Positions 36,310-49,560 of a DNA stretch of 64,000 nucleotides are shown in pieces. The notes under the pieces are model-generated. The model saw nothing but the letters and a program-made list of their open reading frames with translations, was not told where the DNA came from and searched no databases. This DNA comes from Octopus vulgaris (taxonomy: Eukaryota), in assembly GCA_951406725.2 (NCBI GenBank), contig OX597839.1, forward strand, positions 31,620,001 through 31,684,000, read 5' to 3'. The stretch's first letter is position 1. Every line of letters begins with the position of its first letter. The position numbers were made by a program, and so were the translations under genes.

Positions 36310-36430
36310 TTTTTTTCATGGGCCCCTAAAATACTATTGTGGATCTCCAATTTACTATTTTGCTTGCATGGACCCCTAAAGATTTATATGGACTAGCAGG
36401 GGTCACATAAACCCTGGTTGAGAAGCAGTC
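36310..36430. mobile_element. hAT-like MITE end fragment
   Basis: Homologous to 5985-6100; ends GGTTGAGAAGCAGT. Confidence 0.45.
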
Positions 36431-36639
36431 ATCTAAAGCATGGTGATTGAGAAAAGCCTGACGTATTGGCAGGGGCTGGGTAACAAGCTGATAACAGAGT
36501 AGGGATCATCAGTCATTTTATTTTTTTTCTCTTTTCAATGGTTTGGTCTGAAGACTGGGGTCATGCCCATAGACTTCACACAACCTCTGAGACCAGTGAA
36601 ATGGATCAATGGGGTTGATGATGTTTTTGATCGGGGGAT

Positions 36640-36960
36640 GATGGTTACAGGGATTAAAAAAAGATGGGGAGGTAAGGATTTCTAACAGGTTGATCTTCTA
36701 AAGAATGACTTAAGGGAAGTGATTAATGCAGGGCCTAGGGTTGGTGGAGGAAACAATGCAGGTGATGAGAGGAGAAATAATTGAGTTGGGGAGGGGTGCA
36801 GGGCTAAATAAAGATGGAACAAGATCAGCCACCTTTGAGTAGCAGTGGAAGTAGATGAGTCAGAGGAAGGGGCCAGCAAATGTATGAGCAAGATGGTTGA
36901 TTGTGATGGTGGGTTACTTTGTACATTTTAGAGGATTCCTTACAGTCATTAAATGCTGGG
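36640..36960 (-). mobile_element. Decayed CR1/Jockey-group LINE C-terminal remnant
   Basis: Frameshifted CYSKVADLVPS and SFFRRS resemble CSSELAxLVP...NSFFPRT. Confidence 0.35.
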
Positions 36961-37009
36961 ACATTAAACATTCCAACTATTTATCCCATAGACTCAAGAT
37001 AAATGGCTG

Positions 37010-37170
37010 GAATTAGTGAGTGTCTGTGTGTGGCAACAGAAATCAATAGAATCAGTACCAGGCCTAAAAATAGGAACTGGGGTCAATTTATTTGACTATA
37101 AGTGCTTCAAGGTAGTGCCCCAGCATGGCCACAGTCTAATGACTGAAACAAGTAAACGACAAAAGATAAC
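37010..37170 (+). mobile_element. SINE family A, 3' half
   Basis: CTGGGGTCAATTT...CCAGCATGGCCACAGTCTAATGACTGAAACAAGTAAA. Confidence 0.8.
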
Positions 37171-38078
37171 GAACATGTCTTTTGGGTAAATATGAAGTAA
37201 TTGAGGCCAGGTATTTAAAATGAATTGATAATTACATTAATGAAAGCAAAGATAGAGACAGTTATTTAAACAATAAATGGATTCATAGCAACAGATGGTA
37301 ATCATGGAATATCATTACATTCAATTCTGTTCCCCCCCACCACAACACAGTTTATTTATGTATTGAGATATCCACTGTTTGACCAGACTGGCAGCCAAGG
37401 GGTTTTTTGAGAATTATTCAGAGCAGGTACTTTTTATACTCTATAGGTTTGGAAAGAATGATAACGTAAACACACGGCCTTGAAGTTGGCTGGTTGTGAA
37501 AGAAACATAAAATTCCTGATATCGCTAGCTCATAATATCAATTATAAATTAAGAGAGAAGCACAAACACACACACACACACACACACATATATAAATGTA
37601 TACATATATGCACACTATGCACAAGAACTATTTACCAAATAGAGCAAGCGGTTTTCCTAACATTATAAATGCTATGGGGAAATATGTAAAAATGAATTGA
37701 GAAAGATTATTATTGCTTTCAATATTAATAATGCAAGTTGAACACAAAAAAAAATCACATTATCTACGTCTCATTTTGAGTGTCCAGTTTGACATTAACC
37801 AGATTACAGACATTCACTAATAAAATAGATTTCATTACAAAATATCAGACTTTAACATGAATATTCAAATAAATCCTTTTGAATTAATCAAATAAAATTT
37901 CTTTTTTTTGTTTTGGTTTTTGTCTTAGAGATCACAAAGTATTTTTAATAAAAAAAAAAAAAAAAATTTTTTAAATCTATTTGGCAGGATTTGTTTTGGA
38001 AATAGATAATCACACAAGTACAAAAGTTTCGTAGTTTGCTCACATTAAATAAGTGGTGATATATATATATACACACAC

Positions 38079-38115
<37 letters not shown>

Positions 38116-40219
38116 TATAATTATATAACCATGTATATATATATACATACGGTTGTAACAATTATAGACTTCACCTAAAAACATTGTTGGTTGTTGTTTT
38201 CTCTGTAATGAATAACTTTCAAATTAATACTTAAAGTGTTGAGGAAAAATATCAACAGTACTAACTCACTTAATCCCATAATTACATCATCACAGACATC
38301 TCCGGCTTTCTAGCAAATAGATTAGGTTAAAAAAAAAAATTAAATTACATAAAAAAAGCAAAAACAATTGGATGAACAAAAATTTACATAAGTGAAAGTG
38401 CTGGTCAAGCTATGGGTGATAGCAATGTTGAAAACAATCTAAGAGGATCAATAGAGCTAATGACTATTAATTCAATTAGTCGTTAGTTGCTGTCTTCACT
38501 CAGTGTAATCCACTTAGTTATTAAAGTAAGTATTAAATAAATAGATAGAGAAAGATATTTAAAAAATAAAAGAGATAACATTAGGAGGAATACTTTGAGT
38601 AGTTTAGTTGTATAGTGTTCACGAGTTGACAGGATGATTGTCGGATATTTTATAGAGACGAGATAAAATATGGAGATTTTATTGGCGTTCAATCAAGACC
38701 AGAGTGGACAGTAGTCATGACAAAACAATAACAACAATAATGATAGCTATGACTGACCAAAAGTTGAAGATAAAAAAGAAAGATAAAAAAAAAAAAGGTA
38801 AACTAGAGAAGAAATAAAGCAAAGTGCTTCTGACCAGAAAAAATATATATTTATAAATGATAAAAAAAAAGGTAACTTAATAATGTCTTATCTATGATAA
38901 ACACGATCAAAATTGTTTGCAACCAAGCGTAACATTTATCTTTCCAAATAAACTGATGAAAATCTTCTATGAAATAAAAAGGAAACTTTCACCGAGAGTT
39001 GTTTGTTTGTAGAGTGAGAGCAAAGTCCCAATTTCTATGAACTAGAAACAACTTCATCAATACATCAGATTCCTGTGAATTTTCCATTGATAGAAGAGAA
39101 TTATGAATTATTAAATGTTTTTCTTCTGTTCTATTTCTCGATGTAGGAGAACAAAATATTTTGCTCTTCGTTATCATTTCATTGAAAAGAAGAAAACAAA
39201 AAAAGTCATTTACGACAACACTGAAAATTAAATGTTCATAAATAAGTCTCTTTTTTTTTTATATATTTCTGCTGTTTTCCCGACTTTCTTCATCAAAATA
39301 ACGTTGTTTGCTGAATCAAAATTTTACTTAGTGAAACAGCTGCAGGTGTTAGACTTTCTTTTACTTAAAAATGCAACATGAAAATTAATTATGAGATATT
39401 TACATAAATACATAGGCAAGCTCTGCTTTGAGAAACCAACGAGAATGCAAAGATAACAGAAGGTGACTTTAGAAATATTGAGGAGAATGTTCATGAAGTG
39501 GTTAATACACTGAAGGGGTTAGTTCAAAGTTTGTTTCTAGGGAAGCCTTACAAATAAATATTCCTGGTGGACCAGTTAACACAACCCCCTGTTTTGTATG
39601 AACCAACTTTGTTGGGAATGGTGGAAGGTAAACTTTACAGTTGAACAGTCAGAATCAAGAAGAACAAAAAAAAAGAGATCTTTTTCACTTCAACGATTCC
39701 AAGAAAATATTCAATATTTTCAGAACAATTCAACTAAAACATGTTTGAGATAAATAAGTAGAAAACCCCTTTTTAAGGTAAAAAAAGAAAAATAAATTAT
39801 GAAAAAAAAAACATTCAAGAATTCCATCTTTATTTTTCTCCACAACATTTCATATCCAATTTCCCAGATTAGAAAATGTTACACAGTTTCAGCTTTTATT
39901 TCCTTTAGCAAACAGATATTTCCAAGTGAATTGTTGGAGTCAGTTTTTTCTCCATTTGGTGCCATACGCACTGCTAACCAATCTACTGTAAAATCAAAGT
40001 AGTACACTCTTCTTCAAAATGTATGTGCTCTACTATTGGGCTCACAATAATCAGGTTGTGATTTCAGTCCCCAGATGGAACAGTGCTATAGTGCAAGGCA
40101 CTTCATTTTGTGAAGCCCCTGCCCACTCAGATGAAATTCTAAGAGAGTTCTTTAAATAAAAATTCTCCATCTCTTTGAAAACACAGAACAGCTGGTCATA
40201 GTATAAATGAGATTGTCAG

Positions 40220-40430
40220 CATCTTTTACTGGTTTCAGTCATTACACTGCAGCCATGTTGCAGCACAACCGTGAACAGTTTTTAGCTGAGGTCATCGACC
40301 CCAGCACTAATTTTTAAACCTGATACTTATTTTATTGGTCTTTTATGCTGAACTGCTAAGTTATGTTTATGGGGACATAAACCAACAACAGTAGTCAAGC
40401 AGTGGTGGGGGACAAACACAGACACACACA
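40220..40430 (-). mobile_element. SINE family A, 3' half
   Basis: CTTTTACTGGTTTCAGTCATT...TCGACCCCAG...GGGACAAACAC. Confidence 0.8.
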
Positions 40431-41441
40431 CACACATATATATATATGTACATATATATATATGTCAGATCTTCAAACCACAAAAAATTGTTTAATTATT
40501 AATGGTGAAACTTTGAGGTATAGAAATAACTGGTTTTTAAAATTTTTTCAAATTGTCTAGCCTGGTTACATGCAACACACTACGTATGAGAATGTATTTT
40601 TCATGGTTTGAAGATCTGACAGCTTATTTCAGCAGGCAAAGAAACCACTTGCTGGTTTTCCACTTAGTGTATAATTACCTATGGTTATACAACACTTATG
40701 TATGTGTATGTATATATATATATGTGTATGTGTGTTTCTATGTTTAAGTATGTATGTATATACACATGTTTTTACATGAATGCGACTTGCCCCATGTTAG
40801 CATTCATTTACATTCCACACAAGCGGAATGTCCTGCAGCCCAACAGTTTCAGTGTGTGAAGACCAGCAGAATAAAGTACCCAAACTTGAAAGTAAGGGTT
40901 AGAGTCAAGAAAGGCATCTGGTCAGAGAATACTGACCCAAAAATGTCTCATCCAACCCATGCTAGCATAGCAAAAGAAGAAAAATTTAAGAATAAAAACT
41001 AAAAAAGGAAAACCAATGTTGATTACCATGACGATGACAGTATACTTGAGAAATATGTGATAATTTATGGCCCTGAAACATGGATAATGAAAGTAGTGGT
41101 TGTGTGATTGTTGTTAACGAATATGATCTATTGGTGAGAGTGTGATCTGTGAAATAGATTATTTCTAGAAAGGTAATATGTCTAGAAATATGAAATACTC
41201 TATGATATATCGTGACAGAAAAAAGAAAAAAAACCCTCATGTGATATGAATAAATAATGAAAGCAGACAAGAAGACTTTTATGAAGGAATGTTCTGAGCT
41301 GAGAAAAAAGGGGTAACTACCAATTCATTTGAGTTATTGATCATACACAACCACCATTGTGTTTTCCTAAACTAGACTTTAATTTTACCTACACTAAATC
41401 TCCAGCCATCTTCAGGTGCTCTCTCTCTCTCTCTCTCTGTC

Positions 41442-41482
<41 letters not shown>

Positions 41483-41718
41483 GTCTCTCCCTCTCTCTCT
41501 CATTACTATGCTGTACAAGTCTCTCTGGCAGTGTTTAAATATTTATTAAGCACTTTGATGTTTTACACACACACAAAACACAAAATCTAATCATGGCTTT
41601 TAATTTTGTTTTCTTTTTCTTTTGCTTGAGCTCTTGGTCTCATGAGGCTGATTACTCAGTTTCCATTGACTGAGATCACAACATTGCCCCTGAATGGGAC
41701 ACCAGTCTATTGCAAGGT

Positions 41719-41900
41719 TCATGGCCAATAAGTTTTGAGGGGAGGGGATAAATCAGCTAGACCACCCTTAGCACTAGACTTGCAATTTCTTTTATCAGCC
41801 CTGAAGGGATCAAAGGTAAAGCTGACCTTGGCAGGATTTGAACTCAGAATGTAAAGAGCCAAAAGAAATGCTACTAAGCATTTTGTGCAACATACTGCTT
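41719..41900 (-). mobile_element. SINE family C
   Basis: GGATTTGAACTCAGAATGTAAAG...CTAAGCATTTTGT. Confidence 0.7.
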
Positions 41901-42037
41901 TATTGTAGCTGACCAATGGTCATCTGCCAGTTATAAACCTTTTTATTGTTGTTGACTTTCTAATAAAAGTTCCCACTCTCAAAGTTCCTGTCCACCAACG
42001 ACTGTCTTATTAAATCTATGTTCCGTCATCTTGGTTT

Positions 42038-42256
42038 ACCTTTTACCTGTTTCAGCCATTACACTGCAGACATATTGTGGTTCCACCTTGAAGAATTTCA
42101 AAAGAAACAGATGAGGCTCCAGTATTTACTTTTTTTTTGTCTTTTTATCCTGCTGCTTATTCTATCAGCCTCTTTGGCCAAACCGCTAAGTTACCAGGAT
42201 GTAAACATACCAACACCAGTTATCAAGTGGTAGAAGACAAACACAGACACACACTC

Positions 42257-42303
<47 letters not shown>

Positions 42304-42475
42304 TGTGTGTGTGTGTGCATGTGACAGGCTTCTTTCAGTTTCCATCTACTAAATCCACTCCCAAAACCTTGGTCAGCCCAAAGCTATAGTAGAAGACACA
42401 AGCCCAAGGGCCACAGTGTGGGACTGAACCCAGAACCATTTGATTTGGAAGCAAACTTAAACGTCTGACTGCACA
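42038..42475 (-). mobile_element. SINE family A, full length
   Basis: Both halves, with an internal (TA)n linker. Confidence 0.85.
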
Positions 42476-42982
42476 TCTATGCCTTCCCCCATATGAAAAT
42501 AAACTTAACTTGCTTTTAATCTTTTATAATTACTTGATGGTTTTTAAGACATCTCATCATTAGACTTTATTTATTGTTTCTTTAGCTTTTTGTTTTTTCT
42601 TCTTTTTCTTTTGTAACTTCCAACGAAAAAAGTGGTTGTTTGAGAGTTGTTTTATTGTTAGCAGCTTGTTGCTTTGTCGGGGAGTGACTTCCAATAAAAA
42701 TATATATTGATTCACGGATGCTCCTCCCCCTCTGCCAGTTCCAACACATCTCAGAAGCACAAATAAGTAGTTCATAGATAATTAAACATAACAAAAATGG
42801 GGCCACGCAGTTGGCATCGATTTTTTTGAATTCACAAGGGAAATAGCTTGGTTTAAGGATAATTAAAAGGAGGCAATTCTCCAAGCATGTCTAATATATG
42901 CTACCATGTAAATAAATGTCTATATTTGGTTGGTGGTGTAAATATTAGAAAATATTTTGACCCTTTAACTGTTAAATTTCAT

Positions 42983-43430
42983 GGCGGTACCCTGGGCAAG
43001 TGTCTTCTATCACAGCCTTGGGTCAACTAAAGCCTTGTGAGTGGATTTGATAGACAAAAACTAAAAGAAGCCCATCATGTATATATGTGTGTGTGTGGGG
43101 GGTGTATCTGTGGGTGTCGGTGTGTGTATATATGTTGGTGTCAGCGTGTATATGTGTGGGTGACAGTGTGTGCATGTGTGTGGGTGTCAGTGTATGTGTG
43201 TGGGTGTTGGTGTGTGTATGTATTTGTGTTTGTTCTCTCACCACTGCTTGACAACTGGTGTTGGTGTGTTTACATTCCCATAACTTAGCAGTTTGGCAAA
43301 AAAAGGCCATTAGAACAAATACCAGGCTTTAAAACAAAAAGTACTGGGATTGCGTCTTTCAACTAAAAACTTCAAGGCAGTGCCCCAGCGTGGCCACAGT
43401 CTAATGATTAAAATAAGTGAAAAATAAACC
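42983..43430 (+). mobile_element. SINE family A, 5'-truncated, long (TG)-rich linker
   Basis: CTGGGCAAGTGTCTTCT...GCTTGACAACTGGTG...CCAGCGTGGCCACAGTC. Confidence 0.85.
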
Positions 43431-43571
43431 ATAAAAGCTACAAGTAAAGATGTTAGATACGTACCAGAAAATAGAATTGGTATTTTCTACAAGTCATGCT
43501 GCCTCAGTAAACTTGACAGATCCACAAAAGAGTGATTGGTATATGTATGTATATATATATATATATATATA

Positions 43572-43856
43572 TCATCATCATCATCATTTAGCGTCCGTTC
43601 TCCATGCTAGCATGGGTTGGACGGTTCAACTGGGGTCTGTGAAGCTGGAAGGCTTCATCAGGCCCAGTCAGATCTGGCAGTGTTTCTACGGCTGGATGTC
43701 CTTCCTAACGCCAACCACTCCGTGAGTGTAGTGGGTGCTTTTTACGTGCCACCTGCACAGGTGCCAGACAGAGCTGGCAAACGGCCATGAACGGATTGGT
43801 GTATTTTACGTGCCACCGGCATGGAAGCCAGTCGAGGCGGCGCTGGCATCGGCCAT
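43572..43856 (-). mobile_element. Family B, young, inserted in (TA)n
   Basis: Reverse complement of 961-1163 plus an extra long unit. Confidence 0.9.
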
Positions 43857-44709
43857 ATATATATATATAACTGCTTTCTGCTGTTAAGGGTAAGGAAATT
43901 TTGAGTGGTTGGGTCTGGTCACTGGATAAAGTCCTAACTTTTCATTCAGTCGAGGGAAAAATAAATTACAGAGTAGCCACAGCAGCAGTAGCAGTAGCAG
44001 TCACAGCAGCAGCATATTTAAAGTTTTTGAGTTTTCAAACAACCAGAAACTACATTTCCATCAATGGATTTATATAATTTCTTTGAAGCTGATGCAGAAA
44101 GGAGAAGAATATTCATAGCAAAGACGAATAATGACTGCCAGAGTTATGTATTAGCTTATTGTCTTTTTAACCACACAACTCTTCAAATAGAAAATTGACA
44201 ACCAATTAAAATCATTTTTTTTTTTTATGGTTTCCAAAATATATTTAAAATGTGATTTGGGGAGTAAAAGCATTTTCAATTAATTAATCCTGAAATTATG
44301 GTTTCCAAGAACAAAAACCAAGAAAGAAAAAAACTTAAATGGTAATAAATTGATAATTTTCCTATTAACAATTAATATTTACTGTGTCCCGATGTAACTG
44401 AGTGGTTGGTGAGATGACATTGAAGGTGACGGAGGAGGATTAAGAAAGATATCAAAGCAAGAGAAGCTGGGGGAATTAAAGAGCCATGGTTTAAGGCACA
44501 ACTTCATATGTGTGCTGGAGGACAGCCATTTAGATAGCAGGTAAAATGAGCTAAGGGAAATAACTCAAATGAGCTAATGGTATAGACTTTGGAACACTGA
44601 ATACCAAGTGTAAAAAATTCTTCATTGAAATCCCACTCTTATGAATCCCAGAATAATTCTTATGAAGCCTAGGGATCAGTTGACAGATTGTTTTCTCCAT
44701 ATCATCAGG

Positions 44710-44980
44710 CAAGTACCTGGAAACAGGAGGTTTGCTTAGTCAACTCTGTTGGGGTTTGAACCCAGAACATAAAGAGTCAGAAGAAATACTGTAAGCATTT
44801 TGTCTGATGTGCTAACGACTGCCAGTTTGCCATCCTTTGGTTTCTAATTCAGGTACAAGGTGAGCAATTTCGAGGGGAGGGGTTTTAGTCAATACCATCA
44901 ACCCCAGTACTTTACTGGTACTTTATTTTATTGACCTTATAAGGATGAAAGACCGAGTTAACCTCAACAGGATTTGAAGA
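44710..44980 (-). mobile_element. Two SINE family C fragments
   Basis: TTTGAACCCAGAAC...GCTAACG and CCCCAGTAC...AAGGATGAAAG. Confidence 0.7.
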
Positions 44981-45039
44981 TAACTACCAAATAGCAATAA
45001 TCAACCCCACTGACAGATTTCTGATTGATCCAAATTGAT

Positions 45040-45430
45040 CAGATCCCCTGGTAAATCTCAGTTTGTTTTCTCAATTACACTAACAACAACAAGCACCAAC
45101 CTCTTTGCCAGCACCTTGGCCAAAATCTTAAATTCTGCAGCCAACAGAGTTACAGACCCTCTTCAGCATCACTTCCGCTCCCCACCTCATAGAACTTGGA
45201 ATTCTCTGATTCGGCTGACAACTGCAGTAGATGTCTGCCAAGACAATAACAAACAGTTCTAACATGCGTATGTCAAGTTTGAAGGGCAGACAGTCGAGGC
45301 TGGCAAATTTGCCTCTGGTACCACCAGTTACCACCAAGCACGTCTCAGATGCTGCTATCAGCTTTTTTTGCAGCAGCCTTTGAGTCTTCTGCAAAAAGCC
45401 ACAATAAACTATCGAGGTAGACACTGAAGT
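45040..45430 (-). mobile_element. Tx1/L1-clade LINE RT remnant
   Basis: GKFASLDCLPF (GKSPGxDGLP), LADIY...RIPSSMRWG, and frameshifted VTLLAAEFKILAKVLAKRL. Confidence 0.75.
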
Positions 45431-46057
45431 CCACTACCGCCCCTCCCCCTCCCAATCCCCAGTACATTGCTTGCAACATTAAACAAAATAACAGTTATAG
45501 TGTTTAAACCCATATATGTAATACTAAAAACAAAAGAAAGCAGCCATTAACTGAAGCTCCCTACATCCTATCACTAGCAACGAGCAATGGTGTGTTCAGA
45601 ATGAATATTGATTTGGTTGTTTTATTTCCTTAACTTGACAACAAAGGATTAAGTGAAAAGGAAATCCAAGTGACCTTAACTGATTATGTAACATATTAAG
45701 ATGGGAGGAAATAATTTTCTGCAATCAATATAGTAACTAACATAGTTGACTAGTACAGGGCATGGAATAACAGAATTCCATTGTTGGTTGTTGAAAGAAT
45801 AAGAGATTTCAGAGCAGACTGAAAGAGATTCAATAACAGTTTAGAGTCGAGATTCCATTCCACCTTCCTTTTTCTTTTTTTGGTACATGCCAGTGTGAGA
45901 TGAGATTCAAAGATTTGTTAACAAAAAAATAAACAAATATAGGCCTTCACCTATATCGAACTTAATGCTATGGAATCACTGAAGAATGTAAAAGGTTAAT
46001 TCTATTAGATAGGGAAATTTTGTTTTAAGCATGTTACATTAGAGAGCAAAAAACAAT

Positions 46058-46090
<33 letters not shown>

Positions 46091-46237
46091 ACATACTATA
46101 AGTGTGTCTGTGTCTACCAAAATGGATACTAGAAATTTGTTTTATATGTGTGCGTGTGTGTGTGTGTGTGTGTGTGCATATATACACACACACACACACC
46201 AAATTGGATGCTAATATTTCAAACCTTGTTTTGTATG

Positions 46238-46292
<55 letters not shown>

Positions 46293-47037
46293 ATATAACT
46301 TTTAGATTTAAAAAAAACCTATTTGTTTTATAATTTTGCTTCATTCAGTGAAGTTATTTTGCAAGTTAGCTATTTATAATTAATGGATTTGTTTTTCAAT
46401 TTCATTTCATGAATCTGAAAAACTGTTTGTCTTTATAGGATTTGGGGGGGGGGGAGTTGACAACAAAAGTGTGATATTGATGAAAGCTTCATGTGAATAA
46501 TATTGATTTCTTGGCAAAAAGTTAAGCTAACAAGACTTTTAAGTTTTAACGCCTACAAATAATAAAGAAGGTTGATGCCAGTGATAGGAATAACAGAATT
46601 TCTGTGACTGGAAGGCAACGGTAGTTAAAAACTAACAAGATTAATGTGAAATGAAAATGAACTTTTGCTCGTCAATATATTGTCACAGTAAAAGATCATA
46701 AAGATTAAAGGCACTATACAAACATTAAGAACTGATTTCTATTTGAGAATTTGAATGTAGCCAGGTGTGAGGAAGAATACGAAAACAGACAATAACACAG
46801 TGAGAAGCTTCAATAAAATTCTTCTAGTCGAGAAAATGCATAGAAATTAGAGAGGAGTATAAAGAAAGAGCTGAGGAAATTAAGGAAAATAGTTGAAGCC
46901 AGTTGTGAGAGAGAAAGTGGTTTTGAATATTCAAAAGGATATTTAGTAAAAGTTGATCAATAGAGCAGGATAGAAGTGAACGAGACAGGTTATTTTATAT
47001 GGAGATCGATAACAGCACTTGTGAGAGAAAGAGAGGG

Positions 47038-47079
<42 letters not shown>

Positions 47080-47297
47080 GGGGATTCTGTAGACTTGGAG
47101 AAAATATGGTAATATACAAAGTTAGATGGAAACTGGTACAGCTACAAATACACTTCATGAATAAAAGCCTAATAAGATAGACTGCTCACAAAAACCTGGC
47201 CATATTAACGAGATAATGTAATCTATCACATTACTAAACACAATCACTGGATAAACACACAACACTAACTAAAACACACACACACACACACACACAC

Positions 47298-47757
47298 ACG
47301 CTGTCGTTAACAGCTAATAATAAATTTACCATCATTAATAGTTAACATAACTTACCGTCGTCAACTACAAACAGAAGCTTGTAGTTGTCAAGGTAACACA
47401 AACCCCTGTTATTATAAACCGTTAACACAAACCCCTGTTATTGTCAACGGCTAACAGAACCCCTGTTGTCGTCAACAGTTAATGCATAACTAAATCTGTT
47501 GTCAACACTTAATACAAATACACTATCATCAATAACTAATGCAGACAAACACACTGCCGACAAGAGATAAGCTAAATTAAACAGACAGTTCTCAACAGTT
47601 TACATAAATGGTTAAGCATAAACATGATGTTTTCAACAGTTAATATAAACATATTGACATCAATGCATTATCACAATAAAGTTAAAATAAATAGGCTTTC
47701 AGCAGCGGAGAGCATAAACATGTTATCAAGAGCTAACGTAAACATACTGGTATCAAC
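47298..47757. repeat. Degenerate minisatellite, unit about 27-29 bp
   Basis: Units such as GTTAACACAAACCCCTGTTATTGTCAAC repeated with divergence. Confidence 0.75.
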
Positions 47758-47790
47758 ATGTGTGCGAGTGTGTGTGTGTGTGTGTGTACA

Positions 47791-47940
47791 CCATCATCAT
47801 CATCATCATCCATTTATTGCCCACTTCCCCATACTTGTATGAGTCAGGCGAAATTTGTGAGGCCAGATTTTCTATGGCAGGGCACTCTCCCAGTTACCAA
47901 CCCTCACTTGTTTCCCAGCAAGGTAATATTTCCCCTGGTT
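47791..47940 (-). mobile_element. Diverged family B-like copy with (ATG)n tail
   Basis: (CAT)n...TTTTCTATGGCAGGGCACTCTCC resembles the reverse complement of the B motif. Confidence 0.5.
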
Positions 47941-49139
47941 CTGAAGAACAACAAACAGCACAATGGTCGGGCATGTTTTCATGGAAGATTGCAAAAAACA
48001 ATATCATATATATTTATATAAAAACTTTATAATTTATATAAACATCAGCATCTAGGCTGTATATATTTGGATATCTATGCACATGTACATTATATATATA
48101 TATATATACATCATACATACACTCACACAGATCTTGTAAGCAGTATATATAAAGCATAATGTTTTCTTCATGTCTAAATATTACATTGGGGATTAACTTT
48201 ATGAGTTGCATATGTATCTGTGTATGTGTGAATGTAAACAACTATAAACATTAAAAAAAAACCCCCAAAACACTTTGACATACAACATTATCACTAAATG
48301 ATGTTGAGTCAAAAACCATCACACACAGAGAATGTATAAACATTAACTAATGTCTTTTCATCATGATCATCATCATCATCATCATGATCAAAGCAGGACG
48401 TGAGCATTTTCATTTGGTTAGAAATGCTGTTCATTTGCTCGCCTTAGATGAAAGAAGCATTGATTATTTCACTTCAACAGATATCAACTTTAATTTCACT
48501 GCCAGATTACCAGATGGTTCTAAGACGAAAGTCAGAACTTGCTGAAATACAGAGCAGCCAATTCTGATCTATTGGTTTGGTAAATCATCTAAATATAAAT
48601 ATTGATCAGTTATGATATCCACTATGGGACAGTTTCATATTTACTCCATTTCCTATGATGCCGAAACAAAATATGAAGAGGATAATACAAAAGAAAACTC
48701 ACTTTCAATATCTACTTATATAGGTTTGTAGGATTAATGGCTTAATACATCAGTGTGTGAGTGTGTGTGAGTTAACATTACATGGTAGCAATAATAATGA
48801 TAGTGGTGTTGTTAATTGCCAATATTATCTAATATGGCAGAGACGGGGAGTCTTTTTAGTAACAGGGGTGAATTACATGTGTATAACATATGTGAGGGCA
48901 TCTGTGCTCATGAAAATAATAAATCATAAAATTACAAAAATTACAGTTATTCAGCTTCTATCAAATTACTGTCTGGGTCTTTGGGCTTCAATAATATATT
49001 TCAGAGGGGTTTTTAGAAACTTTACTAATGGGGTTTTAAAACTGACTGTGGTTCTTGTATTTGGAGGTACATGGTTACCCACATTTAGGGGAATGCTCTC
49101 TGCCTTTGATATGTTGAAACCATGAGTTGGTGTAACAAA

Positions 49140-49560
49140 ATAAATACAGCATATAATATTAGACGTTTTGTCTTAACAATCCTGGAAGGGTGAATGGGAA
49201 AGCAAGAAGAAGGTGTTGAACGTCTGATGAACAAATATGCAAAGACCTAGAAAAAGAATTAAAAGGAAATAAGTTGAATCCTCAAAAAGAGAACTTTTGT
49301 CAGAGAAGTCCTGAGTAAAAAGCAAGTAATTTTACTCTAAGATTGTCAGCTTGAAAAAAGACATTTGAGAGGATGCCATGCTCTACAGTCTGGATAATGG
49401 ATACAGAAAGATCCCAGAGCCAAAAGAAGTATGGAGAAAACACAAGAAGGAAGCTGACATCAAATCTGAGAATATTAAAGGTCCACACAAAAAGATGGCA
49501 ACAATGACAACAGTGATGATGATGATGATGGTGATGGTGATGATGATGATGATGATGATG
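49140..49560 (+). mobile_element. Decayed RTE LINE 3' end followed by (ATG)n
   Basis: ILEG/GRVNGKARRR resembles the RTE motif ILEGKVEGKRRRGR. Confidence 0.35.
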
